A stretch of 63,987 nt of DNA, counting the filler, from Octopus bimaculoides (taxonomy: Eukaryota): NCBI RefSeq assembly GCF_001194135.2. It is 6 parts of 5 records of this genome, joined end to end, with 100 filler letters (N's around TTAATTAATTAA, not from the genome) between each part and the next. Parts side by side here need not be neighbours in the genome. Positions count along the whole stretch, not along the records: positions 30,159 to 47,851 come from NC_068986.1; positions 47,952 to 51,788 come from NC_069007.1; 4 more parts are not named here. One strand, given 5' to 3'. How positions within the stretch are numbered: position 1 is the first letter of the stretch; the number at the start of each line of letters is the position of its first letter. Position numbers and translations under genes: made by a program. The notes beneath the pieces are model-generated. The model saw only the letters and a list, made by a program, of their open reading frames with translations. It was not told the DNA's origin and did no database searches. This document shows positions 35,369-48,445 of the stretch, in pieces.

Positions 35369-36203
35369 CAATAACAGCAATAATAAAAAAAAAAAATGTC
35401 AGTAGAGGGGTGCAACTGTTATCGAATGAACAACAACAACAACAATAATAATAATAATAAATAGTTACACAGATAAATTTCTTGCTTTTTTTAGTTAGTG
35501 ATAACTACTCCAAACTGCGCCCATCTGTTGACGACACGTATGAATTAACGAAAGTACTGAGACAGCGTGTTCATGAATGAAATGTAAATAAATTTACATG
35601 CGTTTATGCATTTAGGATTGGTATATAAATAGGACAGGGAGAGGGTTGGTGATTCAACTACAGGGTTTACACCATATCCTCAAACGCAATGGTTCAGAAC
35701 TTTAATTAATTAGGGTATGTGTGTGTGTGTGTCGGGGGGATTGTATGTTTGCCTAAGTGGAACACTGAGAGAAAGAGAGAGTAGAGACTGAAAATGTTAA
35801 CGAAGTAAAGGTACTTTTACGTCCGTCTAAGCGAACATACTTAAAAGCATAATTTTTCCAAAAAATACACCTAAAATCCTATATTGAAGCGGAAAAATCA
35901 AATTAAATACATGTGAAAATATGTACAAACCATTTATTAAAACGGGTATAAGCTAATATATTTTTATATGAATTTTCGTGTTACGCTGTTTTTCGAGTTG
36001 AGTAGCATGTCTATTTTTATTTATTTTCCCCTATCACAAAGTTTAAATGAATTCTAACTCTTAATATATAAAAATAAAAAACACCGTTATGTAAATTATG
36101 TATTGTATTTGTGCATGACTTTCAGCGTACAACATGCTAGCATCCAAACGTCCACATACATAAGTGAGTACATATTAATTCTGAGTGAGCTCAAATAGTG
36201 TCG

Positions 36204-36290
36204 AACATACGTATTAGTAAGGCATTAAGATTAACATACGTATTAGTAAGGCACTAAGATTAACATACGTATTAGTAATGCACTAAGATT
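36204..36290. repeat. 29-bp minisatellite x3
   Basis: AACATACGTATTAGTAAGGCATTAAGATT is repeated three times. Confidence 0.95.
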
Positions 36291-37096
36291 GATATAATCG
36301 ACTACACACATTACGCTCACTCTCCACCCCACCACCAAAAATAAAGTTAGATGTGGTTTTGGGCCAAGAAATTAGGGAGTGCCTGATAAAATGCATTGTA
36401 GTAGTTAGTTGTATGCTGTTATGTTCTGAGGATCATTTAAAACACTTATTGAAACAGATGGAGGACGATGAAAAGTCACGTGGCTCTGTGAAGAAATTTT
36501 ACTACACGCTGAACGAGCCAACACAGCCTTTGTCTCTGCTAATTTTTTTTCGTATTTATCTGTGTGTGTGTGTATGTATGTATGTGTCTGTGCGTGAATA
36601 TATGTGTATATGTGATGTGTGGAATGTGTGTGCAATCACAGTGGATATTGGTTGACGAAATTAGAAATCGAGGCCGTGAAAAATGAGTGCCTTAATTCAT
36701 TTGGTGATGTTGCAAGCAGATGGCGATTATGATTATATTAATGATAGTTTGTGCTATGGTAATCACACGGTACAAAGTTGCAAGAAGACAGAGGAATTCT
36801 GAGCAAAAGGCAAAAGAGGGAACCTCTACAAAATCATTCAATAAAATCATTCAACAACCAAATCTCCTTCAGATCACACTCATTCATCTTGAAAATAAAA
36901 ACAAATTTGAAAATGTTCTCCTAAATGTAATAACAATAGTAAGAAATGCATCATCACTTCATTTTATAATGTTGGTACCTAATAGTAGCGGGTTGCTAAC
37001 AGGACCGTTGACCACAAGTAGTTGGAGCATGGATACAATGCCATGCAAGTGACAGAGTACAAAATAACCAACCTCACACAATACGCCAAAATATGC

Positions 37097-37137
<41 letters not shown>

Positions 37138-39004
37138 ACACTGAAATACGCAACACACAATCACATACATATCAATACATACATGAAGCATAAATTTCTT
37201 TTATTAATTTGTTCTTGAGAAAGAGTAGTGTCCATCTTCATTTCAGGTCCTTCATGACCAGNNNNNNNNNNNNNNNNNNNNNNNNNNNNNNNNNNNNNNN
37301 NNNNNNNNNNNNNNNNNNNNNNNNNNNNNNNNNNNNNNNNNNNNNNNNNNNNNNNNNNNNNNNNNNNNNNNNNNNNNNNNNNNNNNNNNNNNNNNNNNNN
37401 NNNNNNNNNNNNNNNNNNNNNNNNNNNNNNNNNNNNNNNNNNNNNNNNNNNNNNNNNNNNNNNNNNNNNNNNNNNNNNNNNNNNNNNNNNNNNNNNNNNN
37501 NNNNNNNNNNNNNNNNNNNNNNNNNNNNNNNNNNNNNNNNNNNNNNNNNNNNNNNNNNNNNNNNNNNNNNNNNNNNNNNNNNNNNNNNNNNNNNNNNNNN
37601 NNNNNNNNNNNNNNNNNNNNNNNNNNNNNNNNNNNNNNNNNNNNNNNNNNNNNNNNNNNNNNNNNNNNNNNNNNNNNNNNNNNNNNNNNNNNNNNNNNNN
37701 NNNNNNNNNNNNNNNNNNNNNNNNNNNNNNNNNNNNNNNNNNNNNNNNNNNNNNNNNNNNNNNNNNNNNNNNNNNNNNNNNNNNNNNNNNNNNNNNNNNN
37801 NNNNNNNNNNNNNNNNNNNNNNNNNNNNNNNNNNNNNNNNNNNNNNNNNNNNNNNNNNNNNNNNNNNNNNNNNNNNNNNNNNNNNNNNNNNNNNNNNNNN
37901 NNNNNNNNNNNNNNNNNNNNNNNNNNNNNNNNNNNNNNNNNNNNNNNNNNNNNNNNNNNNNNNNNNNNNNNNNNNNNNNNNNNNNNNNNNNNNNNNNNNN
38001 NNNNNNNNNNNNNNNNNNNNNNNNNNNNNNNNNNNNNNNNNNNNNNNNNNNNNNNNNNNNNNNNNNNNNNNNNNNNNNNNNNNNNNNNNNNNNNNNNNNN
38101 NNNNNNNNNNNNNNNNNNNNNNNNNNNNNNNNNNNNNNNNNNNNNNNNNNNNNNNNNNNNNNNNNNNNNNNNNNTGGTAATGAATAAATGAAAGTAAGAT
38201 GCGTTTTCTGAGGGATGTTTTCGGTAAGAAATCAAACACATGTCCTTGGACAATTAACTAATCATTTCTCGGTGTTTTCAAGTAATTTTGTTTATATATG
38301 TTGACATGCTGCTACGTTTCATCAGTCACATGAAATTTCGGAAATGTGCAACTCAGAATTATTGTTCAACAGGCTTCGGCTTATAATCTATCTATCTATC
38401 TATCTACCAACCTGTCTGTCTGTCTGTCTGTCTGTCTGTCCGTGAGCGGCTTTTACTGAGAAGCGTACGGAAATAACACGAATATAGACGTCTAGCCTGA
38501 GAGATTCTCGATTCGGTCGTGGGGTGATTTCTTCCCCTGTCAGCACATGTGTATACATTTACGCTCTTCCTACGGCACAAGGTGTATTTTACTTCCATTT
38601 CTAGCAATGTAGGTGTTCCGGCACCCTTAGTCACATTTAGTGACGATTTGATTTTTCCTTTATGGCATTATATTGCACCCAGCTGTCTATATTAATTCGC
38701 ACACGCACACGCACACGCACGCGCACGCGCGCGCGCACACTCAGATACAGACAGACAGACACACACACACACACACACATAAATAAATGTGTATGTATGG
38801 TTATGTATATGCGTATGTAAGTATGTATCTATGTATGCATGTATATATGTGTGTGCTCATATGGTATATATAACAGCACACATACACACATACAATGTTT
38901 CGTCATTTCCTCTCCTACAGCTGAGATTAGAGATTTCAATAAATTTCTGTATGTTAATTTTATGTCAGAGTCCATCATAATAATACTTCAGTTGCTTCCA
39001 TCTA

Positions 39005-39052
<48 letters not shown>

Positions 39053-40995
39053 CTTCGTCTTTAAATACAATTTTCAAAACACAGCCCGGAAGTTATACTG
39101 TGAAGCAGACAAAATAGCAAGTCTAATTAGGCAAGGAATATATTATAAACTTCATAATATATATACCGTCAATCAAAAACATTTATGTTGTTTAGAGATA
39201 CTGATGGTGGGTGAGATATATCTTTACAGGCAGTTGAAAAATGGTTAGAGACAGCTTAAAAACGGGTAGCTAAAGATATAAACGTTTTTCTAACAAGTAG
39301 AGAAAATAATATTTTTCTTGGAACTTCTCCAAGTTATTTTATTGAAAATACAGGAATATTTATTACCCGGCGGTTGTAAAGCATTTAAAGAGAATACTCA
39401 TAATTTCAAAAGACAAAATTCTAATAATAAATAAATATTAAAACCCACCCTCCGTGCAGAACTAGCATCAAATTTCTTGTGGTCAATTCGTAATTAATCT
39501 CGAGAGTCGTCTTAGTTTCATTTTATTACCCGTTTCACCTTTCTTTCTCAACTCCATCTATGGATTTATTGATATTACTTTCTCAATGATTCTGCTCTCG
39601 TTTGTCTCCAAGTAAACTCTATTCAAGAAGATCAATTATCAAATGTGTCCATCCGTGAGTATCCAGTTCTTTTTCATTCTGGAAATAACGTATCAATTCA
39701 TTGTCACAGCCATCGGAGCGTGAAGCGCTCCTCACGAACGCGTGTTCATGAGATAGTTGTGATCTGTAAAGAGTTTTCAGTAAGAACCGAAAAGAGACAC
39801 ATGAATACGCAATGCGCATGTCAAAATAAAATGAATGAGAAAAATAAAAACGCAATGCAAATGTCAAACAAGTGATGGTCTGCATATCCCGTCTGATACC
39901 ACTATCACGCAGCTTTGCTGCAATTTTCTTGTTAGAAAAGTTTTAGTATGATATAAAAGAAATTTGGCTATTATTTCTCATAAATGCTTACTCGTTGACA
40001 ATATTAAGGATTGGTTGTGTAATTATGCATAGACTGTAGTTTGGAATTTGGTAAATTACTGAATGATTCCAGATCACTGGGGAGTGACATGATAGCTACC
40101 ATCCATTGCGTCTAGATTTTCCAGTAACAGGGCATCCACATTCATGAATAACAATGATATTTACGTTACAGGAATCAGCCCGTGTCGAATGCATAGATGA
40201 GTTTATTCGAAGAAGAATGATTATCGAGTAAAAACCATTATGGCCAGTCGGTAACGAAGGCAAGAGTAGTAGTGAAGGTCCTCCCATGAGACTGATGGCA
40301 GTTTACCATCCATTAATGTCCAGATGGCCAGATTTCTTCTGGCGCTGTGATGGTTACGAAGTGAAATTCTCAACCACTCAACATGGCGCTTCGGCTATTC
40401 AAATGAATTTACAGGCATGGTTGTAATTAATAATGATTTGCAGATTTGACTGAAGAGAATCAAGCGCCTTTGGCTCTAAATTTTAAATCATGATATCAAA
40501 TTAACTAACATTCCTCTTGCATCGTCGGCGGAGGTAGGACGCTATTCTTGTTCACTAAAATTTTTTCCTATCATGCCTGCATTAATTTAGTGATTCTTCT
40601 GTGGCTTAGAAGTATTTTGACTTTTTGACTTCTATTTTTAGCGAAGCAGGTGTTTATGTAACACCCTAGTTTATATATATATATATANNNNNNNNNNNNN
40701 NNNNNNNNNNNNNNNNNNNNNNNNNNNNNNNNNNNNNNNNNNNNNNNNNNNNNNNNNNNNNNNNNNNNNNNNNNNNNNNNNNNNNNNNNNNNNNNNNNNN
40801 NNNNNNNNNNNNNNNNNNNNNNNNNNNNNNNNNNNNNNNNNNNNNNNNNNNNNNNNNNNNNNNNNNNNNNNNNNNNNNNNNNNNNNNNNNNNNNNNNNNN
40901 NNNNNNNNNNNNNNNNNNNNNNNNNNNNNNNNNNNNNNNNNNNNNNNNNNNNNNNNNNNNNNNNNNNNNNNNNNNNNNNNNNNNNNNNNNNNNNN

Positions 40996-41029
<34 letters not shown>

Positions 41030-41360
41030 GATAGATGGATAGACCGAGATACATAAGCATACATACGCACACACAGATACAGACACACACGCAAACACAA
41101 TTATATATGACTTACATATTCGATCGCATGACTAGTAGCTACTAATCATCTTCGTTGGTGTATTTCGCAAATATATTCCTTTGAGTGTACTAAACAAGAA
41201 TTACTGTCAGGACATAATTTGAAACTTAGAGGTATTGCTGGTTGTTTGCATATCTCTAAGGCATTTACTCTGTTCCTGTACAACAAAGTTGCATGACTGC
41301 AACAGGCCAGATCGATAAGGTGGAAATCTTAAAACTAAAGAATCCTTCTATATGATAGGC

Positions 41361-41822
41361 GCTGGCATGGTTGTGTGTTTAAGAAGCTTGATTTGCAACG
41401 AAGTGCTTTCAAGTTCAACCAATGCCACTGTGCGGCACTTTAGGCAAGTGTTTTCTACTATAGCCTTGGAACAACCAATATCTTGTGAGTGAATTTGGTA
41501 GACGAAAGTGGAAAGAAATCCAATCCGCACGCGCGTGTATTTGTACATACATACATACATACATACACACACATATATCTCTGTGTGTCTAGCTTTGTGT
41601 TTGTCTCTCTCCCACCGATTCACAATCAGTGTTGGCTTGTTTACGTTCCGGTAACTTAGCGGCTCGGCAAAAGATATCCATTGAATAAGTACTAGATTGC
41701 AAAAAGGAAAAAAAAAAAAAAAAAAAAAAGAACCGTAGTCGATTTCGTCGACTAAACCCTTCAAGGCAGTGCTTTAATATGGCTGCAGTTTAATGAGTGA
41801 AACCAGTAAAAGGTAAAAGGAA
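41361..41822 (+). mobile_element. SINE family A, diverged full-length copy
   Basis: Homology to 15853-16282. Confidence 0.8.
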
Positions 41823-41877
41823 GATGTACTTCGTCTTTCATTGTCATTATTTACATATCTTCTATGCAGTGTAGGAA

Positions 41878-42035
41878 TGTAATTCGACCTCAGTATTTGA
41901 TTGGTACTTTATTTCATCGATGCCCGGAAGGATCAAAGGCAAAGTAGACCTTGACGGTTTTGAGTTCAGAATGTAAAGGGCAGTAATTACATAGTACAAA
42001 GTATTTTGTACGACGCTCTAACGATTCTACCAACC
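41878..42035 (-). mobile_element. SINE family B, diverged
   Basis: Homology. Confidence 0.7.
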
Positions 42036-42574
42036 CACTGATTCTGAATTATTTTCACTCTCTATTTAATTTTCAACAATCCGCTCGAACTGGCGATAAA
42101 AAAAGCTACCTTAGAGCAATTTCGTTACTGTTTGCAGCGAATGTGTGACGCTGTATGAGTATTTGATCAAAACAGGGTCGGATTAACGCTGACTGATGTA
42201 CAAATCACAGCCCTAGATGAGGAACCACTTGATGTATACATTGGTTCACAGATATAATTTTATGATAGAACTGCTTAATGCTAAATAATAAATTAAATAT
42301 TCAGTTTCAGGCCCGTCGCCAGACTTTGGTGCCTGGGGTTGCTTCAGAATATTGTGGGTGGGCACTAATTTGCAATAATGGAGTTTCGAAATAAAAGTAT
42401 CAATGTAATTCTGAGTATGCACTATTGAATAAAAAGGGGCGGTGCCGTCCTGTGCACCCCCTTAGCAACGGACATGTCTAGTTTATTTTTTTCGAGTGAA
42501 ACCATACGATATTAAATATAACTGTGTATTTTAAATTTTCCTTTAATATTAAATATTAAATAGTAAAAACGATA

Positions 42575-42830
42575 ACTGACACTCAGTTGGTTACGGTGAC
42601 AAGGGTTGTACCCTTAACGTAGTTCTCAGAGAGATTCAGCGTGACACAGAGAATGACAAGGCTGGTCCTTTGAAATACAGGTACTACTCATTTTTGTCAG
42701 CTGAGTGAACTGGAGCGACGCGAAATAAAATGTCTTGCTCAAGGACACAACGTGATGCCGGGAATCGAACTCACGACCTCGAGATCGTGAGTCGAATACC
42801 CCTTAATCACTAAGTTATGCGCCTTCACAG
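42575..42830 (-). mobile_element. SINE related to family D
   Basis: Shares ACCCTTAACGTAGTTCTC..ATTCAGCGTGACACAG..GACAAGGCTG with 28685-29082; tRNA-like head at ~42750-42830. Confidence 0.75.
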
Positions 42831-43499
42831 TAGAAACAATATAACCAATTTATTTACATGTTACTAGGGAAAAACATGAAATTACAGCTTGCAGTGAGGT
42901 TCCAGTTCGTGAGTTTTGGAGTTTTGGAGAGTAATGAGTGACCGCCTAGTCGACAGTACTTCCGCTCTGGAAATACTGATAGTGTGTTAATACCTGTCAA
43001 AGTCTCAGTTGTGGAACAAATGGTGTAGTGGCTAAGGCATACAGGACTCGGAGAAGATCTGGACCTTAAAAGAAATGTCACGTATTTAGGTGTGTGGATA
43101 TTCCCTGATATGATGTGAATCAATCCTCTTCTGCTTAAGGGTTAAACAGGCACTGTGCCTTGAAGGTAAGCTTCGGTGGGCAGGAGACTTATTGGATTTT
43201 AAGTAGCTTCGGTAAGACAGAGATGATCAGTGCAATTTGGAATTAGCCCATCACGCATCTAATCAAAAATATATATGTATGTGCAGGCAGGCAGGCAGGC
43301 AGGCACAAATACACACACAAATACATACAAATACATATATTTCACATTCAGATAAACGTGGAAGTAGAAAATCACACAGAGAGTTGGGAGAGAGGTAGGT
43401 AGCCGAGAATTATAATAAATAACTTTCACCAGAGCCGGCCGTATCTTTCAGTCCGCGAGTATCGGTGATATATAAACCAATAGTAGAGACTGATGAGGA

Positions 43500-43745
43500 A
43501 GCTCGTGGCTTAGCGATTCGGGGCTAGCACTCATGATCGTAAGACTGTAGTTTCGATTCATGTACGGGATGATGCGCTGTGTTATTGAGCAAAACACTTC
43601 ATATCACATTGCTCCGGTTCATTTAGCTGGCAAAAATGAGTAATTCTGTGACTGATCGGCATCCCGTCAAGTGGAAGAGAATAATATACGCTACAGAACC
43701 CAGGAAACCGATCTTATGAGCCTATGGCTCATGAAGGGCCTTTAA
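43500..43745 (+). mobile_element. Diverged tRNA-derived SINE (family C/D-like)
   Basis: GTGGCTTAGCG...GTTTCGATTC...TGTGTTATTGAGCAAAACACTT. Confidence 0.65.
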
Positions 43746-44577
43746 TCCTTTTTTTGAATAGAGACGAACGTGTTTTAGGCTGAGTAGTAAAAGTTGTGCG
43801 TTCGATTTTCGGACTGATCTTGTGCCCTTTGACATGGCTTTTCATTTCACATTCCTTGAATCTACTGAGTTAAAAACAATTCATATAAGCCGCAGAATGG
43901 CACCTCGCAGGCTATTATCCCGAAATCTTACAAATGTGTTGTCAATGGATCAAGATATAATCACTAGGAATAATCACGAGAATTAGAAGTATCATGATAG
44001 CGTAGGCCATCACGATATTCCTAATGGGATGTAAATGCATGGGATGAGTATTGCTGTGTCATTCATGACATGAAATTAATACTCACCAGTTACGCAATTT
44101 CTTTAATTTGTATGTCTTTCTTTTTTAATCTTTCAGAGCTTCAAAATAAGACTCTCAAAACCTTGTATATAAATCGAGTGCCTTGGCGTTATTTATTTAT
44201 TGTTTGTCTTATAACTCAGTTTGAGAATATTAGATGCTTCCTATAGATCAACCAATAATTTACTGCTTTTCTGAGTGGGATAGTAACAAAGCATTGGAGA
44301 TATCTGCATCAATCTGACCAATCCTAGAGATGCAGTCACTCTATATACTCAACAAATCCGGTAGCTACAAAGGAGTGGGGCTACTAATTTGCATACCGTA
44401 AGTGTTTAACGTTTTATTTAATATCAATACTACCGTGCTGTGAGATCGAACCCAAGGCACTTAGTTTCAAAGCGAAATTCTTTATCCTATGGCTATTATT
44501 TCGGTTATATTAAGAGTACGAAAGATAAATATTTTCCTGAACTGAACGCTTGTCGACCTCAGTCAATAGCTCTAGTC

Positions 44578-44985
44578 GATGAGGCGGCAAACCAGTAGAA
44601 TCGTTAGCACGCCAGGTAAAATACTTGGTGGCATTTCGACCGCCTCTACATTTTGAGTTCAAATGCCGCCAGGGTCGACTTTGCCTTTCATCTGGTTGGA
44701 GCCGATGAAATAAGTACCAGTTGAGCACTGGGGTTTGGTGTAATCGACTTATCCCTTCCCCGATACTGCTGGCCTTTTACCAAAATTTGAAATCAATATT
44801 TCCAGATGTTCTTAGAGCTGAAGATTGACAGAATAGTTACGTATACGTTCTTAGTTCGAATACTGCCAAGGTCAACTTTGCTCTTAATCTTTATGAGATC
44901 GATGAAATAAAGTACCATTCAAGTATTCGCGTTGATTTAATCGACTATACCCTCCTACAGAACATATGACCTTGTGCTAATGTCA
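44578..44985 (+). mobile_element. Two SINE family B copies in + orientation
   Basis: GAGGCGGC...AGAATCGTTAGCACGCC...GAGTTCAAATGCC, followed by a second, more diverged copy. Confidence 0.75.
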
Positions 44986-46224
44986 GAAATCAATATTTTC
45001 TGATGATCTGAAATCAATTACTGAATAGAAGCGAGGTGTGCAAAAGAATTAAATGCAACGCAAGCCAAATATTTTATATGGAGATCATTTTAGCTTCTGT
45101 TAGTCTCATGTCACATCGACTTAACCGGTTCGCGTCAACTAGTTATATGTACTAAGATCGATTTAATCGAGTATGACTCACACATATAAAAAGACAAATT
45201 AGGTCTTTTGCTTAAATAAAAGACAAAAACAATGCGCCATTATTATCGTTGACAAACTTGTACAACGTTTGCTAAATTGCAGGAAAGAAAAAAAAATCAA
45301 TAAAGCTGTTTGAAATTCTCTGTTATGTAACCTATTTTCCTCACATGTTTGTATTTTTAGCTAACTTTTGATCAGTTTCTTTGGCAAATGTTTTTCAGTT
45401 ACTGTAGTCCATGAGTAAGATTTGACATCAAGGAAAACGAGTACTTGCTAGTTGACGTGAAGTCCTACCAAAGAAAATATATAGTATAAATCAGTGAAAT
45501 AGGAAAGATAAGATTAACGGCCCGGAAATCTCAAACTGTACATTAGGAATAGCAATAACTTATCTCGAAAATTTACATAAGTTGGTTGCACTTATTTATT
45601 TATTATATACTTATTTATTTACTTTTATATATTTACCGGAGCACTTCTAATGTCAGTAATAAATTCTGGATGCAATAATTCCAATAATTATTTTAGCTGC
45701 AACATGTAATTCAATGCATTTCAGTACACTAGAGTTGTAATTCATTGCAATTCAATGCAGTATAAGATAGTTTAACTGAATGCGGAATGATGGCGATGTA
45801 GGGAATGAATAACGAAACATAGTTTACGAAGCACTAGCAAAATTAATACTCCAATTAATTGATTACTTGTTGTGAAAGCAAATCGTCTCACCAACCACCA
45901 TGAAAAGACAATGTTTTCTTTGCTTTTGCAATTTACTTTATCGTTTAAACACAAACAAGAAATTAATGTCGAAGACGATGTTTCGCAATTAGATTTGGAG
46001 CCCCATTCACAGATTCGTCAATTGCTAGTTGCCAGCCTATCATTTACTTTAATGTGTCTGTGTTATTGTTTCTGGCTCTCGTTTTGAATCTGCCTCTATG
46101 CAATCTCTTATAAATTGCTAGGAGGAAAGAGAACATTTATAGTATAGTGTAATCATTAATTACACAATCACTCCCCCTATTTCCTCTTTCTGTGTGGGTG
46201 TGTGTGTATGTATGTAGGTGTGTC

Positions 46225-46318
46225 TCTCTCTTTCCTTTCCTGAGCGTCCAATAATACTATCCATATCACGTCCTCACTTTGTTGTTTTTTTGTTTTTTTG
46301 TTATTGTTTTTTGAACTA
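46225..46318 (+). mobile_element. 3' piece of the short PLE-type element seen at 27345-27565
   Basis: TTTCCT..CCTGAGCGTCC.ATAA.ACT...CACGTCCTC...TTGTTGTTTTTT followed by (TA)n. Confidence 0.6.
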
Positions 46319-46932
46319 TATATATATATATATATNNNNNNNNNNNNNNNNNNNNNNNNNNNNNNNNNNNNNNNNNNNNNNNNNNNNNNNNNNNNNNNNN
46401 NNNNNNNNNNNNNNNNNNNNNNNNNNNNNNNNNNNNNNNNNNNNNNNNNNNNNNNNNNNNNNNNNNNNNNNNNNNNNNNNNNNNNNNNNNNNNNNNNNNN
46501 NNNNNNNNNNNNNNNNNNNNNNNNNNNNNNNNNNNNNNNNNNNNNNNNNNNNNNNNNNNNNNNNNNNNNNNNNNNNNNNNNNNNNNNNNNNNNNNNNNNN
46601 NNNNNNNNNNNNNNNNNNNNNNNNNNNNNNNNNNNNNNNNNNNNNNNNNNNNNNNNNNNNNNNNNNNNNNNNNNNNNNNNNNNNNNNNNNNNNNNNNNNN
46701 NNNNNNNNNNNNNNNNNNNNNNNNNNNNNNNNNNNNNNNNNNNNNNNNNNNNNNNNNNNNNNNNNNNNNNNNNNNNNNNNNNNNNNNNNNNNNNNNNNNN
46801 NNNNNNNNNNNNNNNNNNNNNNNNNNNNNNNNNNNNNNNNNNNNNNNNNNNNNNNNNNNNNNNNNNNNNNNNNNNNNNNNNNNNNNNNNNNNNNNNNNNN
46901 NNNNNNNNNGTGTGTGTGTGTGTGTGCATGTG

Positions 46933-47624
46933 TACGAGAAAGTAACCAAAACAAACCGGAAATTTACATTATTATATTCACTTAGTTTTACATGTTTTAA
47001 CGTTTATCTCCTTCAAAGTATCTATTTGAAGTACTGCATCGGTCCAGACGCATTTTCCGCTGTTCGAAGAGGTCCTTTTAACTCCTCCGTTGCTTTTTCT
47101 TTCATCCTTTCTACATCTGCAAATTCTGTAGCACCTGCTTTCGTCACCAGTGTTGACCTTCGAAAAAGGTCCAGATCAATTTCCAACTGTTCTTTCAGTT
47201 TACGACACGCATTCAGTCGTTACTGCTTTTGATCTTCTGTGAATAAGCGAAGCACAAATTTTGATGCAACTCTTTTCATTCGCAATTCCTCGCTCAAATT
47301 TCATTGACAGGAGCTCCAGGACACACTAGTCATATCAACAAATTCTTCAATTGCTCGGCGATGGTCCTGCAAGATCAGTTCATGAATTTTTGTGATGTTT
47401 TCATTTGTTCAGGAGGTCGACGGCCACCCTGAACGAGGTTGGTCTCCAAACGACAAGTAACCATTCCTAAAGCGTGAAAACCACTTGTAAACTTGTGCTT
47501 TGCTTATAGCAGCCTCCTTGTAAGGTGAGGGTTGCATCAAGTGGCTCCCAGCGGCGGAAGCTAGAACTACAACGGGTTTGTCTCACAAGGAACGTTTCCA
47601 GTTACTTTTGGGTACTTCCGCGTA
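46933..47624 (-). mobile_element. Internally deleted mariner transposon with TIRs and TA TSD
   Basis: TIRs TACGAGAAAGTAACCAAAACAAACCGGAAA and TTTCCAGTTACTTTTGGGTACTTCCGCGTA. The minus strand encodes VYKWFSRFRNG..DQPRSG.P, KFVLRL and TGDES, then jumps to the C-terminus. Confidence 0.88.
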
Positions 47625-47637
47625 TATATATATATAC

Positions 47638-47805
47638 TCTTTTACTCTTTTACTTGTTTCAGTCTTTTGACTGTGGCCATGCTGGAGGGGCTTCTTTCAG
47701 TTTTCGCCTACCAAATCCATCCACAAAGCTTTGGTCAGTCCGAGGGTATAGTATAAGACACTTGCTCAAGGAGCAACCGAGTAGGTCTGAACTCGAACTC
47801 CCCCA
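47638..47805 (-). mobile_element. SINE family A fragments
   Basis: Homology. Confidence 0.75.
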
Positions 47806-47895
47806 CATACACATAGATATATGCAAGTACGCAAATATACACACATATATANNNNNNNNNNNNNNNNNNNNNNNNNNNNNNNNNNNNNNNNNNNN

Positions 47896-47907
47896 TTAAT
47901 TAATTAA
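47896..47907. other. Artificial contig linker
   Basis: 44 N + TTAATTAATTAA + 44 N. Confidence 0.95.
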
Positions 47908-47957
47908 NNNNNNNNNNNNNNNNNNNNNNNNNNNNNNNNNNNNNNNNNNNNATATAT

Positions 47958-48115
47958 ATATGGGAGAATTAACGAAAAAAACAACAACAGACGAGGACAG
48001 GTGGTGTAAACAACAAAAGGATGTATTAGTTTAACGCTCGGGAATACAGAAAGTCTTTAATGTTTCGAGCTACGCTCTTCAACAGAAAGAATACGGAGAA
48101 AACAAGGAGAAAAAA
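47958..48115 (-). mobile_element. Short PLE-type terminal element with a hammerhead-like fold at 48054-48090
   Basis: Minus strand reads UCUUU-CUGUUGA-A-GAGC-GUA-GCUC-GAAA-CAU-U-AAAGA, followed by a T-rich tail and (TA)n. Confidence 0.6.
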
Positions 48116-48169
48116 AATTGAATGTTTTGGTCAGCGAACAATCATAGCGATCATACATATATATGATGG

Positions 48170-48327
48170 GCTTCTTTCAGTTTCCGTCTACCAAATCCAC
48201 TCACAAGACTTTGGCCGGCCCGAGGCTATAGTAGAAGACACTTGGCCAAGATGCCATGCAGTGGGACTGAACCCGGAACCATGTGGTTGGTAAGCAAGCT
48301 ACTTACCACACAGCCACTCCTCTGCCT
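48170..48327 (-). mobile_element. SINE family A, 5' part
   Basis: Reverse complement of the family A tRNA-like head. Confidence 0.85.
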
Positions 48328-48445
48328 AAATTTTGTATTAATTTTTTTGTCTTTTTTTTGTGGCTGTTTTGTGTTTTACTGATTTTTTTTTCTTTCTCTT
48401 TTTATCCTTTTCCGTCCCTAATCTCACTGCTGACACCACTACCAG

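Noticed and set aside
36204-36290. CRISPR-like regular repeats
   Set aside because: The 29-bp units are contiguous with no spacers, the context is eukaryotic, and there are no cas genes.
35617-37052. ATTGG+TATATAAATA promoter-like site, donor at 35715 and a 110-aa ORF (36720-37052) with a hydrophobic N-terminus
   Set aside because: CCAAT directly abutting TATA is atypical spacing, the acceptor is weak, no homology is recognised, and AT-rich DNA yields such motifs by chance. RNA-seq would be needed.
43490-43510. CTGATGAGG core-like string
   Set aside because: There is no GAAA half-core; it runs directly into a SINE head.
30159-47851. Search for the GORAB first exon (WAGFSEE-like) and for downstream coiled-coil exons after 50791
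   Set aside because: None were found. The GORAB piece (47952-51788) is bounded by artificial linkers, so the flanking pieces are not expected to contain them.
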